64,000 bases of DNA, taken from an uncultured Verrucomicrobiae bacterium (GTDB taxonomy: Bacteria; Verrucomicrobiota; Verrucomicrobiia; Chthoniobacterales; UBA10450). The notes beneath the pieces are model-generated. The model worked only from the letters and a program-made list of their open reading frames with translations. It made no database searches and had not been told where the DNA came from. Position 1 is the stretch's first letter; every line of letters begins with the position of its first letter. The translations under genes were made by a program, and so were the position numbers. This document shows, piece after piece, positions 61,888-64,000 of the stretch. The stretch is taken from contig CAVSDR010000006.1 of the NCBI GenBank assembly GCA_963726745.1, forward strand, positions 416,001 to 480,000, read 5' to 3'.

Positions 61888-64000
61888 CGCAGCACCCCTT
61901 CCGCCACCGGATGCTCGGGCGTGGCCTCAGCGGGCTCGGCTGCACTCGTTAGGCTGCGGATGCTTAGGAAGATCGCCTCCGGAGTCGCGGGCGATGGGAG
62001 CGAGCACCTGCGTGCCGGCTCGGCCAAAGGCGGCGACCGCGTCGCGAATCGCTTCGCGCACCGAGAGCGCGAGCATCAGCGGCGGCTCGCCCACGGCTTT
62101 GCTGCCATGGATCACGTTCGGCTGCGTCGCGTCGCTCAAGAGGGTGACGTTGAAGATGTCCGGCGTGTCGCCGACCGCGGGGATTTTGTAGGTGTCGGGC
62201 GAATGCGTCCGCAGACGGCCTTCGGAATCCCAGACCAATTCCTCGACTGTGAGCCAGCCGGCGCCTTGCACGAAGCCGCCCTCGATCTGGCCGCGGGTCA
62301 CCCCGAGATTCACCGGGTCGCCGGCGTCATGCAAGATATCGACCCGCCGCAGGTGATGCATCCCGGTGTAGCCATCGATCTCCACCTCGCTCACGGCCGC
62401 GCCGACCGCGAAGTAGTGGAACGGTTTTCCCCGCCCCGCCTCGCGGTCGTAGTGAATCTCCGGCGTGCGATAAAATCCGGTCGCGCTCAAGCTCGTGCGC
62501 GCGAAGTAGGCCCGCTGCAAGAGCTCGGCAAACGAGATGCGGGTCGCGACTTCCTCCGTCTCGAAAACCGCGTTCTCCGCGAAAACCAGATTGTCGGCTA
62601 AAACTTCGCGTCCCAATTTTTCCGCGAGCATTTCGAGCGCGAACGGCACCAGCCGCGCCCGCAATTTCTCGCACGCATCCTGGACCGCGGCGCCATTCAG
62701 GTCGGTCCCGCAAGAGGCAGCGGTCGCGGAAGTATTCGGCACTTTGTCGGTCCGCGTAGCCATCACCCGGACGCGCTCGGGCGTGATCCCAAGCTCGCGC
62801 GCGGCGATCAGCGCCATGTTCGTGTAAACGCCCTGGCCCATCTCGATCCCGCCGTGGTTCACCTGCGCCGTGCCGTCCTGGTAGAGGAGCACGAGCGCGC
62901 CGGCCTGGTTGAGATGCGTCGTCGTGAAAGAAATACCAAACTTCACCGGCGTGATCGCGAGCCCGCGTTTGCGCCGCGGATGAGCGGCGTTCCACTCCGC
63001 CAGTTCCGCGCGTCGGCTCACGAACGCACTCGACTCCAGCAGCTCCGTCCAGATGCGCTGGAGGCGATTGTCCTCGATCTCCTGGCCGTAGTGCGTCGTA
63101 TTCGTCGCGCCGGTGCCGCGGTAGAGATTGCGCTGCCGGACCATCTCCGGCGCCAGCCCGGTGGCGCGCGCGATTCGGTCCATGATCTCCTCGATCACGA
63201 GCATTCCTTGCGGTCCGCCGAAGCCGCGGAAAGCGGTGTTCGAGGCGAGGTTGGTCTTCGCAACCGCGCCGCTGATCTCCGCGTGCGGCAGGTAGTAGGC
63301 GTTATCCGCGTGGAAGACCGCCCGATCCGTGACCGCGCGCGAAAGGTCTAACGACCAGCCGCCATTCGAGAAAAGCTCGATCCGCGCGGCTTGCACCAGT
63401 CCCTCGTCATCGAAGCCAACCTCGAATTTCCCGAGAAATGGATGCCGCTTTCCGGTAATCATCATGTCCTGATCGCGATTGAAACGGATCCGCACTTTGC
63501 GTCCCGTCTTCGTGGCCGCGAGCGCAGCGAGCGCAGCCAGGCCGGCAGCTTGCGTTTCCTTCCCGCCGAAACCGCCGCCCATGCGCGGACATTCCACGAC
63601 CACGCGATGCATCGGCTGTGCGAGCACGTGCGCCACGATGTGCTGCACTTCACTCGGGTGTTGCGTCGAGGAGCTGATGAAAACGCTTCCGTCCTCGCCC
63701 GGTTCCGCCCAGCAGGCATTGGTCTCCAGGTAAAAGTGATCCTGCCCGCCGAAAGAGAATTCACCCGACAACTTGCGAGGCGCAGAGGCCAAGGCCGTAT
63801 GGACATCGCCCCGCCGGATGAAGTTCGGCTCGGTGTGGAAGCTCTCCGCGGCGATTGCTTCCTCGATCGAGAAAATAGCCGGCAGGCTCTCGTATTCGAC
63901 CACGACCTTCTCCGCCGCTGCGCGGCAAAGCTCCTGAGACTCGCCGACGACCAGCGCGATGATTTGCCCGTGATAAAACGCCTCGTTGTCCGCCAGCAGA
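61884..64000 (-). CDS. xdhB: Xanthine dehydrogenase molybdopterin-binding subunit (5'-partial; indel near 62000)
   Basis: GQDHFYLE, RMGGGFGGKE, AFRGFGGPQG, SKAVGEPP; the shifted frame ends PSPATPEAI... with TGA overlapping the ade ATG. Confidence 0.93.

Larger units (their letters stand above)
704..63354. repeat. Dispersed 7-9 nt motif TCGTTAG(N)C / G(N)CTAACGA, 38 core copies by hand count
   Basis: Core starts: 704, 2104, 7730, 9299, 21096, 21793, 23012, 23540, 24320, 24771, 25796, 26151, 26784, 28391, 29632, 31251, 31822, 32300, 34140, 35295, 36666, 38251, 39254, 40030, 40804, 42090, 43322, 46484, 47659, 48076, 48693, 52898, 55957, 57802, 58830, 60005, 61946, 63348. Confidence 0.9.

Noticed and set aside
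21793..61952. Motif contains GTTAGGC/GCCTAAC, the integron GTTRRRY/RYYYAAC core, suggesting attC sites
   Set aside because: Copies lie mostly within housekeeping ORFs, are not paired as inverse core plus core within about 60-140 nt with a hairpin, and no integrase is in the window.
2123..62010. Frameshifts in about 13 genes (asparaginase, GT4, beta-helix, WecB, GH113, dipeptidase, ALDH, MoaD, kynU1, kmo, murJ, deoB, xdhB) as pseudogenisation or programmed frameshifting
   Set aside because: Mostly single extra bases with intact sequence on both sides, no common slippery site, no in-frame nonsense decay, and the normally essential murJ is affected. This fits long-read indel errors; read realignment would confirm.
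58152..62601. Long alternative ORFs (618 aa, 493 aa and similar elsewhere)
   Set aside because: Arg/Ala/Pro-rich shadow frames of real genes, expected at high GC.
704..63354. Motif as Chi or KOPS
   Set aside because: Orientation is mixed (22 versus 16) across the window rather than polarised. Not fully excluded without the replichore position.
1..64000. Frequent CTCGAG, CGATCG and GCGCGC words (HIP1-like)
   Set aside because: Plausibly explained by common codon pairs (CTC-GAG, GCG-ATC-G) in GC-rich genes; not quantified.
1..64000. CRISPR arrays, tRNA/rRNA, transposases, prophage genes
   Set aside because: No regularly spaced direct repeats, RNA-gene signatures or mobile-element ORFs were seen; intergenic gaps are short.

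Overview
GC-rich bacterial chromosomal segment, most consistent with a soil Verrucomicrobiota (Chthoniobacterales-like) genome (inference from gene content and style). Left part (1-21 kb): a surface-polysaccharide locus with uppP, glf, wzm, a compositionally distinct block at about 3.5-16.2 kb (Wzx- and Wzy-like proteins, six glycosyltransferases, four methyltransferases), then exosortase/EpsI and a WecB/TagA transferase. The rest is core metabolism: mutL, iscA, a kynurenine/2-aminomuconate cluster (kynB, ALDH, RidA, kynU, kmo) interrupted by a DUF2277/BNR-propeller/MoaD-like trio, murJ, gdhA, fahA, nusB-ribH-ribBA, deoB-deoA, fcl, gnnA-like/lpxB, a second kynU, ade and xdhB. About a dozen genes carry single-base indels that look like sequencing errors. 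No rRNA, tRNA, CRISPR array or transposase was seen. The most striking signal is a non-palindromic motif, TCGTTAGNC. By hand count there are 38 TCGTTAG cores, 32 with the final C and 20 exact TCGTTAGGC. Copies lie on both strands inside core genes and stop codons, and no full copy falls in the polysaccharide block, a pattern like a DNA-uptake or self-recognition sequence. Other leads: a signal-peptide-bearing restriction-endonuclease-like protein in the nucleoside-salvage operon, two kynureninases with opposite specificity signatures, and a composite REP-like palindrome.
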